A stretch of 64,000 nucleotides of DNA from Promethearchaeota archaeon. GTDB taxonomy: Archaea > Asgardarchaeota > Lokiarchaeia > Sigyniarchaeales > SOKP01. The notes under the pieces are model-generated. The model was not told the DNA's origin, ran no database searches, and saw only the letters and a program-made list of their open reading frames with translations. Both the position numbers and the translations under genes were made by a program. Positions 39,325 to 49,325 of the stretch are shown piece after piece. How positions within the stretch are numbered: the stretch's first letter is position 1; each line of letters opens with the position of its first letter. The stretch covers positions 470,541 to 534,540 of the forward strand of contig JBHLLT010000001.1 of the NCBI GenBank assembly GCA_048938855.1. The letters run 5' to 3'.

Positions 39325-41019
39325 TTAGGTAATAAATGAGACTGTTTTTTTGATGTAATCCATGTATAGATCAATTTCTTGGTTTTTTTTGTTTTCATTC
39401 CAAGAATATTCCTCAGCCATGATCTTAGCAACTTTACTAGCTGCGATAATTGCTTTTTTGTGATCAATCCATAATGACATTTCAGTACGTCTACAAAAAA
39501 CATCAATCAGATGTGGAGTTAGTTCATATCTTAAGCAGTATAAGATTTCTGCTTTTGTGAAATTATTCTCTTCAATAATCCTTTCCTTCAGAGATTCATC
39601 TTCCTTTATCATTTCTAGGATTTTAACTGCCCCTTTACCGTATTGTTGATAAAGATGATCATAAATATCATTATCTAGTTTAACAGGGTAATCTTTTAAT
39701 TTTTCTAACCAATTTTCTTTTTTATCCCCAATAATAAAAGGTTGTCTACTGAAATGCTGTTTTCGTTTAATATGGAGAAAAATTTCCTTTTCTGCAATTT
39801 TATCGAATAAATCTTCTGCCATAGCGCGCCATTCAGTTAATTTACCCCCGGTGATTGTCAATAAGCCATCATCAGAGAAAAATATGACATGAGATCGTGA
39901 GACTTCGCTTTCAGATTTGCCCTTCTGCATAACCAATGGTCTAATTCCAGCATATGTAGAAAGAATATTATCATATCCAATTTCAGCATTTGGGAAATAT
40001 TTTTGAGTGGATTTAATTAAATAATCAGCGTCATCTTTTGTACAATAAGGATTAGCTAAATCTTCATTGTAATCTGTATCAGTAGTCCCAATAATCGTAA
40101 AATCTTTGTCTCTAGGTAAAACAAAATAAACACGACCATCAATCGTTGAATATAGAACATTTGCTATGTTATTCCGGATATATTTACGTCGATATTGTAA
40201 ATGGACTCCTTTAGTCGGTCGGATAAGAGGATTTGGAATAGGATCAGGATAAGTTTCAAGCAATTTATCTGTCCAAATTCCAGTCGCATTTACGATTAAT
40301 GTCCCTTTAATCTCAAATTGGTCTTTATTTTCAATATCTTTACATTTAACTCCCTTGATAATATTTTCTTCTTTGACATATCCTACAACTTTGCAATAAT
40401 TCAAAACGTCAGCTCCCCTTATTACAGCTTCTTTTAATGTCTCAATTGTTAATCTGGCATCATCAATGTTATTATCATAATAAACAGCTCCTCCTAAATT
40501 ACCCTCTCTTAAAAATTCAGGTTCTATTTCAGAAATTTCCTCAGATGTGTGCCATTTATGTTGCTTAAAGTTTTTAAATTCTGATTTATCATCACTTAAA
40601 AAATCATATATTTTAATTGCTGCTTTTAATTCTCTTGCTTTATATTTTCCACCTTCTATTACAGGTAAATAGAATGGTAATGGTCTAACTAAATGAGGGA
40701 TGTGTACTCGCATCCAATTTCGTTCTCTTGAAGCTTCCTTTACTAAATTCATTTCACCGTGAGTAATATATCTTAAACCTCCATGAGCTAATTTTGAACT
40801 TCTTGAAGATGTTCCTGCAGCGAAATCCTGCATGTCAACACAGGCAACTTTTAATCCTCTCATTGCAGCTTCTCTTGCTACCCCTGCTCCAGTTATTCCT
40901 GCCCCTATAATGATAATGTCATAATTAGTTTTTTTTAATTTCTTTATTATATTATCTCTGTTCTTAAAATTCCATAATTGATCAAATAATTTTTTTTCCA
41001 GTGCTTCCATATTCCTCAT
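39325..41019 (-). CDS. glpD: FAD-dependent glycerol-3-phosphate dehydrogenase/oxidase (GlpD/GlpA family)
   Basis: IIGAGITG, DFAAGTSSRSSKLAHGGLRY, DDARL, GTTDT, YAGIRPL, GGKLT. Confidence 0.9.
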   Translation of the reverse strand: MRNMEALEKKLFDQLWNFKNRDNIIKKLKKTNYDIIIIGAGITGAGVAREAAMRGLKVACVDMQDFAAGTSSRSSKLAHGGLRYITHGEMNLVKEASRERNWMRVHIPHLVRPLPFYLPVIEGGKYKARELKAAIKIYDFLSDDKSEFKNFKQHKWHTSEEISEIEPEFLREGNLGGAVYYDNNIDDARLTIETLKEAVIRGADVLNYCKVVGYVKEENIIKGVKCKDIENKDQFEIKGTLIVNATGIWTDKLLETYPDPIPNPLIRPTKGVHLQYRRKYIRNNIANVLYSTIDGRVYFVLPRDKDFTIIGTTDTDYNEDLANPYCTKDDADYLIKSTQKYFPNAEIGYDNILSTYAGIRPLVMQKGKSESEVSRSHVIFFSDDGLLTITGGKLTEWRAMAEDLFDKIAEKEIFLHIKRKQHFSRQPFIIGDKKENWLEKLKDYPVKLDNDIYDHLYQQYGKGAVKILEMIKEDESLKERIIEENNFTKAEILYCLRYELTPHLIDVFCRRTEMSLWIDHKKAIIAASKVAKIMAEEYSWNENKKNQEIDLYMDYIKKTVSFIT

Positions 41020-41199
41020 TTTATCAAATTTATAAAAATAATTTAATTTTGTGGATTATATCTAAATAAGTTAACTTCTCAAATTATTGAGATTTTCTTA
41101 TAATAATATTTATCTTTTGGAAATGTAAAGATTTAAAATAAAAAATTAAGTTCATATATAAGTACTGCTAATTTCTGAATCAAAAAAGGAAAGTTAAAG

Positions 41200-41580
41200 A
41201 TGTCCAAATCTGAGAAAAAGAAAGTTTTAATCGTTGATGACGCTGCATTCATTAGAAATAGAATTAAAAAGGTAGTTGAGAAAATTGAATATGCTGATGT
41301 GATAGGCGAAGCGGCAAATGGAGGTGATGCAATAACCCTTTACAAGGAATTGAAGCCAGATTTAGTAACAATGGATTTAATTATGCCAGATGTGGATGGA
41401 GTCAAAGCGATCGAAGAGATCATGAAATTTGACCAGAAAGCGAAAATTATCGTAGTTAGTGCAATAGGACAAGAGTTAACTATCACTGATGCATTAGGGA
41501 AGGGAGCAAAAGAATACATTAAAAAACCATTTAAAGAAGAAGATATCTACAGAACTCTCGAACGTTTCTTAAGACCTTGA
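41200..41580 (+). CDS. Single-domain CheY-like response regulator
   Basis: LIVDD, PDLVTMDLIMP (phospho-Asp), VVSA, KPF. Confidence 0.92.
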   Translation: MSKSEKKKVLIVDDAAFIRNRIKKVVEKIEYADVIGEAANGGDAITLYKELKPDLVTMDLIMPDVDGVKAIEEIMKFDQKAKIIVVSAIGQELTITDALGKGAKEYIKKPFKEEDIYRTLERFLRP

Positions 41581-41608
41581 ATTGATATTAAGTTCATTTC
41601 TTTATTTG

Positions 41609-42580
41609 CTAAAGACAAGTTATTAATGTTCGTAGAATTAAGGGCATTGAATATATATCGTAATAATTATGTTCAATAATTTCTTTTATTAATCCGATAT
41701 ATCTTTCAGCATTTTCATTATATTTTCTATAACACAGACCAACAAGATTACTTGGCAAATTATTTTCTCTTGTTAAATTCAATAAATTCTCCTCCATATT
41801 TGTGAGAGAATAGATATTAAACTTACCTTTAAACAAACGACGACAATGATGGTATAAATCAATATGATGGAATTTTGTATTACTTTTTTCATATGGAGGA
41901 TCATCCTTTGAAATCATCGGATTTTCATCAAAAAAATATAAGAATCGATTTGCTAAATAGGGTATATCAAATGTTTTTCCATTATAAGTAATAAAACATT
42001 TAAAATGTGGAAATACTTCAGTTTTTAGATGTTCATAAACTGCTATTTCATCTTCAAGTTTTCTTGTGAAGAATATTTTTATTTTAAATCTATTATTCTT
42101 AAAGTAGCCAATTCCCACTATTATGACGGGACTGTCAATTATACCCAGAGTTTCAATATCTAAGAATAAAAAATCTTCGAGGTTAAAACAAAAACTCACA
42201 TCTAAATCTGTAATATATCTATTTTTTGTTAGCTTCTTATAATCCTTATTTTGTATCAAAGTTATAAGTTGATTAGCTGCCCTACTAAAATTTAAATTAA
42301 ACTTTAAGTCAGTAAGAGTTTTTATCCCTCTTTGCTTAAATTTTTGTTCTATGTAATCCCCAATAAAGTTTACTGCTTTAAGATTATTTAATAATTTTCT
42401 CCTTGTTTTTTTAAGGTTTAAATCATTTGGAAAATCTTCTAATTCCCAATAAAATTCAATAAATTGACCCATATGATTTTTAATAACATGGTAATTTTGG
42501 TATAAATCTTCGAGAGATTTTCCTTTATGTTCCTCTACTAAGGGAGTAATATCGAAGCTTTCGAATTTGAAGTAATCCAT
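41609..42580 (-). CDS. YprB-like RNase H-fold (DEDD) exonuclease
   Basis: FLDIETLG, TYNGKTFDIP, HIDLYH, HNYYDI. Confidence 0.85.
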   Translation of the reverse strand: MDYFKFESFDITPLVEEHKGKSLEDLYQNYHVIKNHMGQFIEFYWELEDFPNDLNLKKTRRKLLNNLKAVNFIGDYIEQKFKQRGIKTLTDLKFNLNFSRAANQLITLIQNKDYKKLTKNRYITDLDVSFCFNLEDFLFLDIETLGIIDSPVIIVGIGYFKNNRFKIKIFFTRKLEDEIAVYEHLKTEVFPHFKCFITYNGKTFDIPYLANRFLYFFDENPMISKDDPPYEKSNTKFHHIDLYHHCRRLFKGKFNIYSLTNMEENLLNLTRENNLPSNLVGLCYRKYNENAERYIGLIKEIIEHNYYDIYSMPLILRTLITCL

Positions 42581-42660
42581 TATCTATAACTAATTAAGAT
42601 TTTTTATTTAATAATGTATTCTCTTAAGATTTATAGTAAAATTAATAATAGAAAGGCTTT

Positions 42661-43311
42661 CTATTCTAACTTAAAAATAAAAGTATTCATATTTTCTTTT
42701 CCCCATGTTTCAGAAGTAATAATTTCATTCTCAAATTTTAGGAGTTTCATGCCTAAAGGGATAAATATAGATAGAATTTCTTCTTTAGAATAAGGTCTAG
42801 AATACATTTTTTCACCTTTAAAATCTATAATAACGTCCTTATCTAATTCAACTCCTTCAGTCCATGGTCCATTCAAGCAGAGATAAAACAATCCTCCCGT
42901 TTTTAATGCTTTAGTTATTTTTTTGGCTGCTTCTTTGAATAATTTTGGATTAAGAAGTAGCATAGAGTATGAAGAGAATATTCCATCAAATTTATTTTTA
43001 AAATTTAGGTCAGTCATCGACATTTCTTTAAATTCTGCTGAAGGAACATTTTTTTTCGCAATTTTTATCATCTCGGCAGATAAATCAATACCTAAGACCC
43101 TAAAACCTTTTTCTATTAATAATTTAGTATAAGGCAATCCTGTTCCTGAACCTAAATCTAAAATATATCCCGTTTCAGGGAGATGATCACAAAAATAATT
43201 AAAAAGAGTATAGATTTTTCCATGCGATTCTTGGTTGTAAGATTTTGCTGCGTTATCCCAAGCCTTTTTATTTAGTTTGATAATATCTAGATCTTCTTTC
43301 ACATTAAGCAC
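42661..43311 (-). CDS. Class I SAM-dependent methyltransferase
   Basis: ILDLGSGTG, GIDLS..MI, FDGI, LKTGG. Confidence 0.9.
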   Translation of the reverse strand: MLNVKEDLDIIKLNKKAWDNAAKSYNQESHGKIYTLFNYFCDHLPETGYILDLGSGTGLPYTKLLIEKGFRVLGIDLSAEMIKIAKKNVPSAEFKEMSMTDLNFKNKFDGIFSSYSMLLLNPKLFKEAAKKITKALKTGGLFYLCLNGPWTEGVELDKDVIIDFKGEKMYSRPYSKEEILSIFIPLGMKLLKFENEIITSETWGKENMNTFIFKLE

Positions 43312-43351
43312 AGTAAGAATTTATTTAATAAAAAGAAAATTTATTGTCTTT

Positions 43352-44644
43352 TTAGTCTTTAGTCTTAAAGAATCTTCTAGATTCAGCATCACCAAGGACG
43401 AAGTGACTTCCACCACCATGTATCATACAAAATGCATCTAGTAAACCAAATTGATTACAATATTGTTCGGTAAAAGCGCGACCACCCATAGTTCTATATA
43501 AATCTATTGAACTTTGAAATGCTAATTCACATGTCTGTATTTTTAATCCCATAGCTTGATTAGCCATCAATTTAGAACTAGCTGATTGTGGATGATTATC
43601 AATCTCTCGAGCATAGTTTACTAAAGCAGAAAGAAATAAATTAGTTTGACGCATATTTTCTGTAATTGGAAACCTAATAATCTGGTATTGATGTAATTTA
43701 TGCTTAAATTGTTCACGTTGAAGTGCGAAACTATGAGAATAAAATAGCTTTTTAATACAATCTCCTATAGCTTCTGCACTGATGACTAATCTTTCTTCAG
43801 TAAGTTGATGGAACATAATGTCTAAACCATCTCCTTCTAAAAGATTCTCTTTAGGAAGCTCAACATCATTGAATACTAATCGACTGACAAAAGCATCATT
43901 CATTCCGTAAGTTCTAACTCTCGAAGATTCGAAATTTTTCAATTTTTGATGCTCTGTATCTACTATTATACCACCTAATCTTCCACTATTTAACCTACCG
44001 TAAAGGATAATGTTTTCTGCCAACATGCCATTTGTAATAAAAAGTTTTTTTCCATTTGCTATTACTTTATTTCCTTGATCATCAAGTCTTAATTCAATTC
44101 TTACAATATCACTTCCAGCATTAAATTCAGTCATACCAGAAGCAGCCATCAACCCATTTTTTATGACAGGTACAAGATATTTCTCTCTTTGATAGTCATT
44201 AGCTTTGTAATTCACCGGATTGCAGTAAAGGGTTCCTCCTGCTAGTCTACCCATTTCAATACTCCAGTTGCCATTCACATATCTATCTTTATTTGGAGAC
44301 CAAAATCCTCCACATAAAGCTAATGCAATAAGAGCATTTCTAGTGACATTCCCAACCTCGTGAGGTTCAAAATCTATAACTGTACTATAGTAGCCCTTTT
44401 CTGCTAATTTTTTCATAAAATTTACTACAATTTCACGTTTCTTTTCTTGAATTGGTTCCTCAGCTGAATAATTTAATTCTTCTAATAATAGTAAATCTTT
44501 CTCAAGAGTCTCTTCCATATACTCAAAAAATTCAGCTAAAAACTCCTTTTCTTTTACATTAAGGATTGGGTTATTTAATAAATCCAATTCAGGAATAATT
44601 CTACTAATTTCTATTTTTGGAAATTCCGGGAGTCTTGTATCCAT
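43352..44644 (-). CDS. Acyl-CoA dehydrogenase family protein
   Basis: MTE.NAGSD, NGKKLFITNG, FNDVELP..N, ERL, REQF, MGGR. Confidence 0.85.
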   Translation of the reverse strand: MDTRLPEFPKIEISRIIPELDLLNNPILNVKEKEFLAEFFEYMEETLEKDLLLLEELNYSAEEPIQEKKREIVVNFMKKLAEKGYYSTVIDFEPHEVGNVTRNALIALALCGGFWSPNKDRYVNGNWSIEMGRLAGGTLYCNPVNYKANDYQREKYLVPVIKNGLMAASGMTEFNAGSDIVRIELRLDDQGNKVIANGKKLFITNGMLAENIILYGRLNSGRLGGIIVDTEHQKLKNFESSRVRTYGMNDAFVSRLVFNDVELPKENLLEGDGLDIMFHQLTEERLVISAEAIGDCIKKLFYSHSFALQREQFKHKLHQYQIIRFPITENMRQTNLFLSALVNYAREIDNHPQSASSKLMANQAMGLKIQTCELAFQSSIDLYRTMGGRAFTEQYCNQFGLLDAFCMIHGGGSHFVLGDAESRRFFKTKD

Positions 44645-44838
44645 AATAAATAAGTCAATTTTCTTATGATTTTAAATTTTCTTCTCTCTCAAATAGGATT
44701 TTTTTCCCATTCTTATTTTTAAAGCTTAATTAGTAAGTTTTTAATCAAAATAAAACATAAACATAAAATATCAATTTAATTTGAAAACTAAATTGCAAAA
44801 ATAAAAATAAATATAAAATTCGAAAATGTGTAGTCAAT

Positions 44839-46260
44839 ATGATTAAATTTAGCGATAAACAATTAAAAATACCGAAACTAATGAGACCTGTCTATTTAGT
44901 TACAGTTGGAATGTCAAAATTCGACAGAGCTTTTCCTGAAACGCGAACCGAAGAATTATGTGTAGATGCACTTACTGCAGCAGCAGATTTTGTAAATATG
45001 ACTCCTAGTGAATTAAAACAATATATTCACACGTGCTACTACGGGCATTTTGCTGATCATTTCGGAGATCAGTTACTTGGAGAAGCAGTAATTCATGATA
45101 GATTAGGATTAGATCCATTAGGAAATATCGGAGTAAAGACAGGTGGTGCTACGGGGGGTTCTGCTATGTGGGAGGCAGTAAAAGCTATTGCTTCAGGTTA
45201 CAGTGATTGTGCCCTAGCATTAGGATGGGAGAGAATGGACGAAGTTCCTACAGATGAAGGCAACCATCTTATTTCATGTGCAGCAGATAAAGATTGGGAA
45301 ACACCCCTTGGACATATTTATACAGGTTATTATGCTGTTATGGCTCAGAGATATTGGAAAATATTTGGTAAAGAAGAAGATTCATTTCGAAATACTATGG
45401 CCGAAGTAGCTGTAAAAAATCGAGGTTATGCTAGAATGAATCCCCACGCTCATGGACCTATGAAAATTACCGTTGAAGATGTCATTAATTCTCCGATAGT
45501 AGCATATCCTTTGCGTGTATTAGATTGCTGTTTAATGAGTGTTGGAGCGGCTTGTGGAATAGTATGTGATGAAAAAACCGCATATGAAATAACAGATAAG
45601 CCATTAAGGATTTATATTGCAGCTGGAAGTCATACATTACGGGTAGCTGATAGAAGAGATATGAAAATACCTTTATTACCAAATGAAAAGTCAGGACAAT
45701 ATGATAATTTAGGAAAAAGGTTTCCAGGAGGAGATCGTTATCCCGGTTTCACAAGCTTCTTAGCAGCTAGAATGGCTGCTTATTATGCATATCATATGTC
45801 TGGAGTTATAGATCCAACAGAAGATCTTGATTTAGTTGAACTTCATGATGCATTTACAATCAGTGATATTCAGACATACGAAGACATTGGAATCAGACCT
45901 TATGGAGAAGGAAGGGATTACATCGAAAGCGGAGACGCATATGTTATTAACCCAAATACTAAAAAACCAGGAAAATTACCTAGCAATCCTTGTGGTGGTT
46001 TGATAGGGTGTATGCATGCTGTTGGAGCAACAGGTTTGATGCAAATTGCAGAGATTGGATATCATATTTGGAATCGCTGGGATGAAATTCATGAGCCACA
46101 GGAAAAATGGAAATCGTTCAATAGGGAAAAACCAAAAGATTGGACTAGCTTGCAAGTTAAGGGTGCAAAAAGGGGTTTAGCAATTTCTCATGCTGGAGTA
46201 GGTTCCCATGTGACGTGTACAATTTTAATGGAACCGAATAATTTAATAAAGGAGGATTAG
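44839..46260 (+). CDS. Thiolase-fold protein (SCP2/archaeal type) lacking the canonical N-terminal catalytic Cys
   Basis: GGATGG at the usual CASG site, ELHDAFTI, NP.GGL..MHAVGATG; followed by DUF35. Confidence 0.88.
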   Translation: MIKFSDKQLKIPKLMRPVYLVTVGMSKFDRAFPETRTEELCVDALTAAADFVNMTPSELKQYIHTCYYGHFADHFGDQLLGEAVIHDRLGLDPLGNIGVKTGGATGGSAMWEAVKAIASGYSDCALALGWERMDEVPTDEGNHLISCAADKDWETPLGHIYTGYYAVMAQRYWKIFGKEEDSFRNTMAEVAVKNRGYARMNPHAHGPMKITVEDVINSPIVAYPLRVLDCCLMSVGAACGIVCDEKTAYEITDKPLRIYIAAGSHTLRVADRRDMKIPLLPNEKSGQYDNLGKRFPGGDRYPGFTSFLAARMAAYYAYHMSGVIDPTEDLDLVELHDAFTISDIQTYEDIGIRPYGEGRDYIESGDAYVINPNTKKPGKLPSNPCGGLIGCMHAVGATGLMQIAEIGYHIWNRWDEIHEPQEKWKSFNREKPKDWTSLQVKGAKRGLAISHAGVGSHVTCTILMEPNNLIKED

Positions 46261-46264
46261 AAAA

Positions 46265-46867
46265 ATGCCAAAAACAGAAGAAGAAAAAGGTTTTGTAGAT
46301 ATAATTAATGGAAGATATAAGCCTAAAGGAGTTTTTCATATAATTGAGAAAAACCAACCTATTTATAATAAAGACACAGGAAAATTAGCAGGCGTTACAA
46401 ATCCTAGAGACATGACATATATACATTCATATGGAGGAGAAGCTGTATTTTTCGAGTCTCTTGGTAAAGGAAAACTAATGGCGTCTAGATGTGATAACGA
46501 AAAATGTGAAACTAAAGGTTCTATTTATGAGCCATTTAGGATTTATTGTCCTGACTGCTTAAGAAAAAATACAGTTGTAGATATTACTGAAAAAGCTCAA
46601 AAAACTGCTAGGATACACTCATTTATCATTACACATCGTTCTGGAGCTTTTAATGTCCTACCAAAACCCATCAAATTTATAAATGTTGAATTTGATGAAG
46701 AAGTAGTTACAATTCTTATGAGTGTATTAGTTGTAGGAGAACCAGAAATTGGGAGGAAAGTTGTACCAATCTTTCGGACTAAAAATCCTACCTATACCAT
46801 TATGGATTTAATGTTTGTAGTTGAAGGAACATCTGAATCTGAATTACCAGATAGTTTTACATTTTAA
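46265..46867 (+). CDS. DUF35 Zn-ribbon/OB-fold acyl-CoA-binding protein
   Basis: LMASRC...C ... YCPDC; OB-fold IHSF...INVEF...IG.KV.PIF; 4 bp after the thiolase stop. Confidence 0.88.
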   Translation: MPKTEEEKGFVDIINGRYKPKGVFHIIEKNQPIYNKDTGKLAGVTNPRDMTYIHSYGGEAVFFESLGKGKLMASRCDNEKCETKGSIYEPFRIYCPDCLRKNTVVDITEKAQKTARIHSFIITHRSGAFNVLPKPIKFINVEFDEEVVTILMSVLVVGEPEIGRKVVPIFRTKNPTYTIMDLMFVVEGTSESELPDSFTF

Positions 46868-46991
46868 ATTTTTCTTTTTATTCTTGATTTTTTTTATTAT
46901 AATTTTTAGTATTTTCTGACTCTAAATGAAGAAAATATGGTATTTATTTAATTTATAAAATAGAAAAAATTGAAATTAGAAATTAAAGAAT

Positions 46992-47894
46992 TTATTGTTG
47001 GTATAGATTAAAGATCTTTCTTGCTTCAACGGGAGTTGCTGGCTCACGATTTACTAATCTTGCTACCTTCGCTGCCCATTCAACTGATTCCCAACTTCCT
47101 TTAGCTAATCTCCCATCAGGTAATTTAGTATTATCTTCTAAACCAACTCTAATATGACCATCCATAGCAGCAGCACACATTGCGGCTTGGAATTGATTTT
47201 TAGCTACACCACAAACACTCCAAGTGGCATCTGGAGGTTTTAGGCTAATAAGATGTGCTAAATTTTCATATGAAAATGGTATCCCTCCTAAAACACCAAA
47301 TACAAACTGAAAATGGAGTGGAGGATCAAGAAGTCTTTTAGGTTGTTGTTTTGCTAAATGCAAAATATTATACATTCCACCAATATCATAAACTTCGATT
47401 TCTGGTTTTGTTTCCGCCTTTTTCATGGCTTTCGCAAATTTTTGAATTGTATCGAAGGTGTTCTCAAAAATATTTTTCGAGCCTAACCCAACTTGTCCAG
47501 TTTTATGATCTCCCACTGCAAAATTCATTGAATTAGTGTTTAATGAAGCTATAGGAGGTTTAAATGTTGAAATAGGGGCGATCCTCTGTTTAGGAGTCAC
47601 AATTGAACTAATTGCAGTACTAAGATTAATCAAGATATCTGGAGCTTTTTCTTTAATATTATCTATTATTGCTCCGATAATATCTAGTTCATGCGTGGGA
47701 TTACCTTTTTCTGGATCCCGAGCATGGATGTGCACTACTGCTGCTCCCGATTCATAACATTTTTTAGCCTCATCCCCAAATTCCTCTGCTGTAAACGGAA
47801 CGTTTGGGTTCATATCTCTATTGGTTACTGCTCCTGTAAGTGCTGCGCTTATAACCAACTTCTTTTTTAAATCTTTTTCTGACATTTTTATCAC
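46992..47894 (-). CDS. kce: Beta-keto acid cleavage enzyme (BKACE; 3-keto-5-aminohexanoate cleavage family)
   Basis: AALTG, NPNVP.T.EE, GAAVVHIHAR, GHIRVGLEDN. Confidence 0.88.
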   Translation of the reverse strand: MIKMSEKDLKKKLVISAALTGAVTNRDMNPNVPFTAEEFGDEAKKCYESGAAVVHIHARDPEKGNPTHELDIIGAIIDNIKEKAPDILINLSTAISSIVTPKQRIAPISTFKPPIASLNTNSMNFAVGDHKTGQVGLGSKNIFENTFDTIQKFAKAMKKAETKPEIEVYDIGGMYNILHLAKQQPKRLLDPPLHFQFVFGVLGGIPFSYENLAHLISLKPPDATWSVCGVAKNQFQAAMCAAAMDGHIRVGLEDNTKLPDGRLAKGSWESVEWAAKVARLVNREPATPVEARKIFNLYQQ

Positions 47895-47901
47895 AATTTA
47901 G

Positions 47902-47931
47902 AATCTAGTTTATGAGTAATAAACTTAGATT
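47902..47931. promoter_or_regulatory. Imperfect inverted repeat AATCTAGTTTAT-N5-ATAAACTTAGATT in the divergent kce/LLM intergenic region
   Basis: 12/13-bp arms with a one-base bulge, immediately upstream of kce. Confidence 0.35.
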
Positions 47932-48098
47932 ACTATGGAAATTAGATTTTAATCATATTAAAGTGTTTCATCTTCATTTTATAATTTATTCAAAAGTGTA
48001 AAACCTTTTTAAGGATCTCTCAAAATACTATACTTGTTATTATTAAGTAAGAAAAAAGTAAATCCAACTTTTTAAAAACATATAGAGGGTAAAGAACA

Positions 48099-49175
48099 AT
48101 GGTTGTTAAATTTGGTTTTCAGCATGGAACAAATGCTGCATACCTAGGATTAAAAACAAAAGAATATTTAAAATCAATTCAATACTGCGAAAAAAGTGGA
48201 TATGACTCAATTTTTATGATGGATCACTTAAATTCATCTCCTATGAATTCTGAAGTGGTGAGTAGTAATGCAATATTACCAATTGCTGCTTCACAGACGG
48301 AAAATCTAAGAATTGGTTCATGCGTAACAGATCCTCATAGAAGACATCCAGCCCAGATTGCATTAGATGCGTTAACAATTCAAAGATTAAGTAATGATCG
48401 TTTTATTTTGGGAATTGGGGCTGGAGAAGCTATGAATTTGAATGAATTTGGAATTATTTGGGATAAACCAGCATCAAGATTAATTGAAGCCGTTGAAGTT
48501 ATAAAAGAATTGTGGAAAACTACCCAATCAAGAAAAGGAAGAGTTAATTATTCAGGTAATTATTATAATTTGAAGAATGCTCGATTACAATATCCAATAA
48601 AAAATCTTCCAAAATTATGGATCGCTGCTAATGGCCCTAGATTAATTGAGTTTACGGGACGTATTGCTGATGGTTGGCTTCCAATGAGTAATGCACAATC
48701 ATTTAAGAAAAATTTAAGTATTTTAGGAAAAGGGGGAAGATTGGATGAAATTGAAAAAGCTTGTGAGGTATATGTTGTAGTTAGTAAAGATAAACCAGAA
48801 ATCGCACGAGAGATGGGAAAATCATTTGGTCTTATTAGCAGTGTAAATTCACATATTCTTGAAGATTACAATATTAAACTTCCGGAAAAATTTCGACATC
48901 GCCTTATTAATCAAACTCTATCAGAAATGGTTAAATCTCAGACTGAAATAATGGAATTTGCAAAAGAAAACATTCCAGAAGAGATTGTTGATTCAATGGT
49001 GATTTTTGGAAGCCCTGAAGATTGTATTGAACAAATTGAGGAATTCATTAAAGCAGGAGTAGAACATTTTCTAATTGAGGTATTTGGAGTAGGTAATTAT
49101 TTTCAATCATTAGAATTATTTACAGAATCAGTTTTAAGTTATTTTAAAGAAATTTATCCAACTGCTACTCATTAA
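48099..49175 (+). CDS. LLM-class (probably F420-dependent) oxidoreductase
   Basis: MDHL, GSCVTDPHRRHPA, LGIGAGE..N, WIAANGPR, ADGWLP. Confidence 0.88.
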   Translation: MVVKFGFQHGTNAAYLGLKTKEYLKSIQYCEKSGYDSIFMMDHLNSSPMNSEVVSSNAILPIAASQTENLRIGSCVTDPHRRHPAQIALDALTIQRLSNDRFILGIGAGEAMNLNEFGIIWDKPASRLIEAVEVIKELWKTTQSRKGRVNYSGNYYNLKNARLQYPIKNLPKLWIAANGPRLIEFTGRIADGWLPMSNAQSFKKNLSILGKGGRLDEIEKACEVYVVVSKDKPEIAREMGKSFGLISSVNSHILEDYNIKLPEKFRHRLINQTLSEMVKSQTEIMEFAKENIPEEIVDSMVIFGSPEDCIEQIEEFIKAGVEHFLIEVFGVGNYFQSLELFTESVLSYFKEIYPTATH

Positions 49176-49325
49176 AAACATTAATATTAAGTTTTCTTTT
49201 GTTTTCTTTTTTTTAATGAATAATGAATGAATTTCACAACATAATATAAAATTTATATATTAGAGAAAATAATTTTGTTTGTTTATTGTACTAAATGATT
49301 TATATAAACAAATGAGGAAAAAAAT

